64,000 nucleotides of DNA from positions 416,516,001-416,580,000 of the forward strand of contig OZ024740.1 of assembly GCA_964016885.1 (NCBI GenBank). The letters are read 5' to 3'. A program made the position numbers and the translations under genes. The notes under the pieces were generated by a model, which ran no database searches, was not told the origin of the DNA, and saw only the letters and a list, made by a program, of their open reading frames with translations. Positions within the stretch are counted from its first letter, which is position 1; each line of letters opens with the position of its first letter. Below are positions 62,749-64,000 of this stretch, in pieces. This DNA is from Eledone cirrhosa (lineage: Eukaryota).

Positions 62749-62970
62749 ATAATAACTAGAAATTGATTAACATATAAATAAACATGAATAATCACAGGAG
62801 ATAATTTTTACAAGCGTGTAACCACATGATTAATCATATTATAAGGTATCTATTTTTGAAGTTCTGGTCAACTTTATTTAGTTACCTACCTAGCTATGTG
62901 TGGTTACACACTTGTAAAAATTATCTCCTGTGATTATTCATGTTTATTTATATGTTAATCAATTTTTAGT

Positions 62971-62975
<5 letters not shown>
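62749..62975. repeat. Inverted repeat (~80-bp arms) ending at (TA)n
   Basis: ATAATAACTAGAAATTGATTAAC..GTAACCAC / GTGGTTAC..GTTAATCAATTTTTAGTTATTAT. Confidence 0.88.
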
Positions 62976-63012
<37 letters not shown>

Positions 63013-63029
63013 ATATCCCGTTAAGGGTG

Positions 63030-63211
63030 AAAGCAGCGATTCTTTGCTTAAACTTTAATCTGTTATTTTAATAAATGTTTGCTCTAGGGTTCTTATATAT
63101 TTGATATATATTTATCCTTATTGAGCCCTCGTTGGATTTTAGTCTTCACATTTATTATTATTACTATATATAATATATATATTACTATATATATATATAT
63201 ATATATACTAC

Positions 63212-63263
<52 letters not shown>

Positions 63264-63360
63264 ATAATAATAAATGTGAAGACTAAAATCCCAAAAGAGC
63301 TCAATAAGGATAAATATATATCAAATATATAAGAACCCTTGAGCAAATATTTATTAAAAT
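63030..63360. mobile_element. Inverted pair of PLE pLTR fragments around (TA)n
   Basis: 63064-63170 and 63258-63360 are reverse complements, homologous to 15180-15270 and 15431-15478. Confidence 0.75.
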
Positions 63361-63410
63361 CGTCCCATGAACTGATATATATATATATACCGTTTATGAG
63401 ACGCAAAATT

Positions 63411-63455
<45 letters not shown>

Positions 63456-63459
63456 TAGA

Positions 63460-63741
63460 CCAACTTAACGGTTGGAGTTTCCTGGATAGCTATCCAGGAA
63501 ACTCCAACCGTTAAGGTTGTCTTTTTTCCGGGTATGTCAATATTTATTTATAAAACAAATCTGTATTTTATCTGATGAAAGCGCACCATAATTTGCCTTG
63601 GTTGCCCTTAAAATATGTATAATAAAATAAATATGGTTTTATAAATATAGTTTCCATTTATTAATATAGTGTATATTTACTCCACACAGCTGTTGAGTGC
63701 TTTATATCAGTTATAAAAAATGTTAAATTAAATATAACCTC

Positions 63742-63746
<5 letters not shown>
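63460..63746 (+). mobile_element. PLE-type terminal repeat with 5' palindrome and inactivated hammerhead (63564-63629, GAAA to AAAA)
   Basis: Homologous to 39890-40220. Palindrome centred on GGATAGCTATCC. Confidence 0.82.
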
Positions 63747-63780
<34 letters not shown>

Positions 63781-64000
63781 GTGTGTGTTATGTATATATA
63801 TAAATGTGTGTATGTGTATACACATATATATATATGTGTGTGTGTATATATATATATGTGGGTGTATGTGATCTATATACACTGGTCATAGACACACACA
63901 TATACACACACACTCACATATATGTATACACAACACCACCACTAGGTCTCCTTCACTGCCTCCTCTCCCTCTCTTTATGTCTCTTTTTCAATCTACTCTC

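Noticed and set aside
15455-63882. YIYIYI, ERERER and CVCV ORFs, and antisense ORFs over TEs
   Set aside because: Microsatellite translations or shadows of retroelement ORFs.

Overview
Eukaryotic, AT-rich and repeat-dense DNA. The SINE, RTE, Penelope and (TA)n content suggests a mollusc, probably an octopus-like cephalopod (inference only). The ORF track is almost all transposon or repeat noise. A minus-strand host gene is hidden in it: three phase-compatible exons (47491-47392, 41904-41782, 14330-14260) splice into an LBP/BPI-family N-terminal domain. Its introns contain a ~12 kb GT-rich 14/20-bp complex satellite with ~1.52 kb higher-order repeats, nested Penelope-like elements (PLEs) of two clades, a non-autonomous LTR element with 589-bp LTRs and a 4-bp TSD, and many RTE LINE copies that carry a PHD-like finger. 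L1/Tx1 and CRE fragments and tRNA-derived SINEs are also present. Notable points: (1) about 13 hammerhead ribozyme (HHR) motifs of at least five sequence types, including a fully paired type I HHR with a compensated U3-A8 core at 58619-58715 and apparently intact HHRs in sense orientation within the BPI-like intron; (2) an inverted ~820 bp piece of the satellite replaces part of a PLE ORF, so complementary satellite tracts bracket a host exon; (3) recurrent fold-back and head-to-head retroelement junctions at (TA)n sites. All calls were made by eye, with no database searches.
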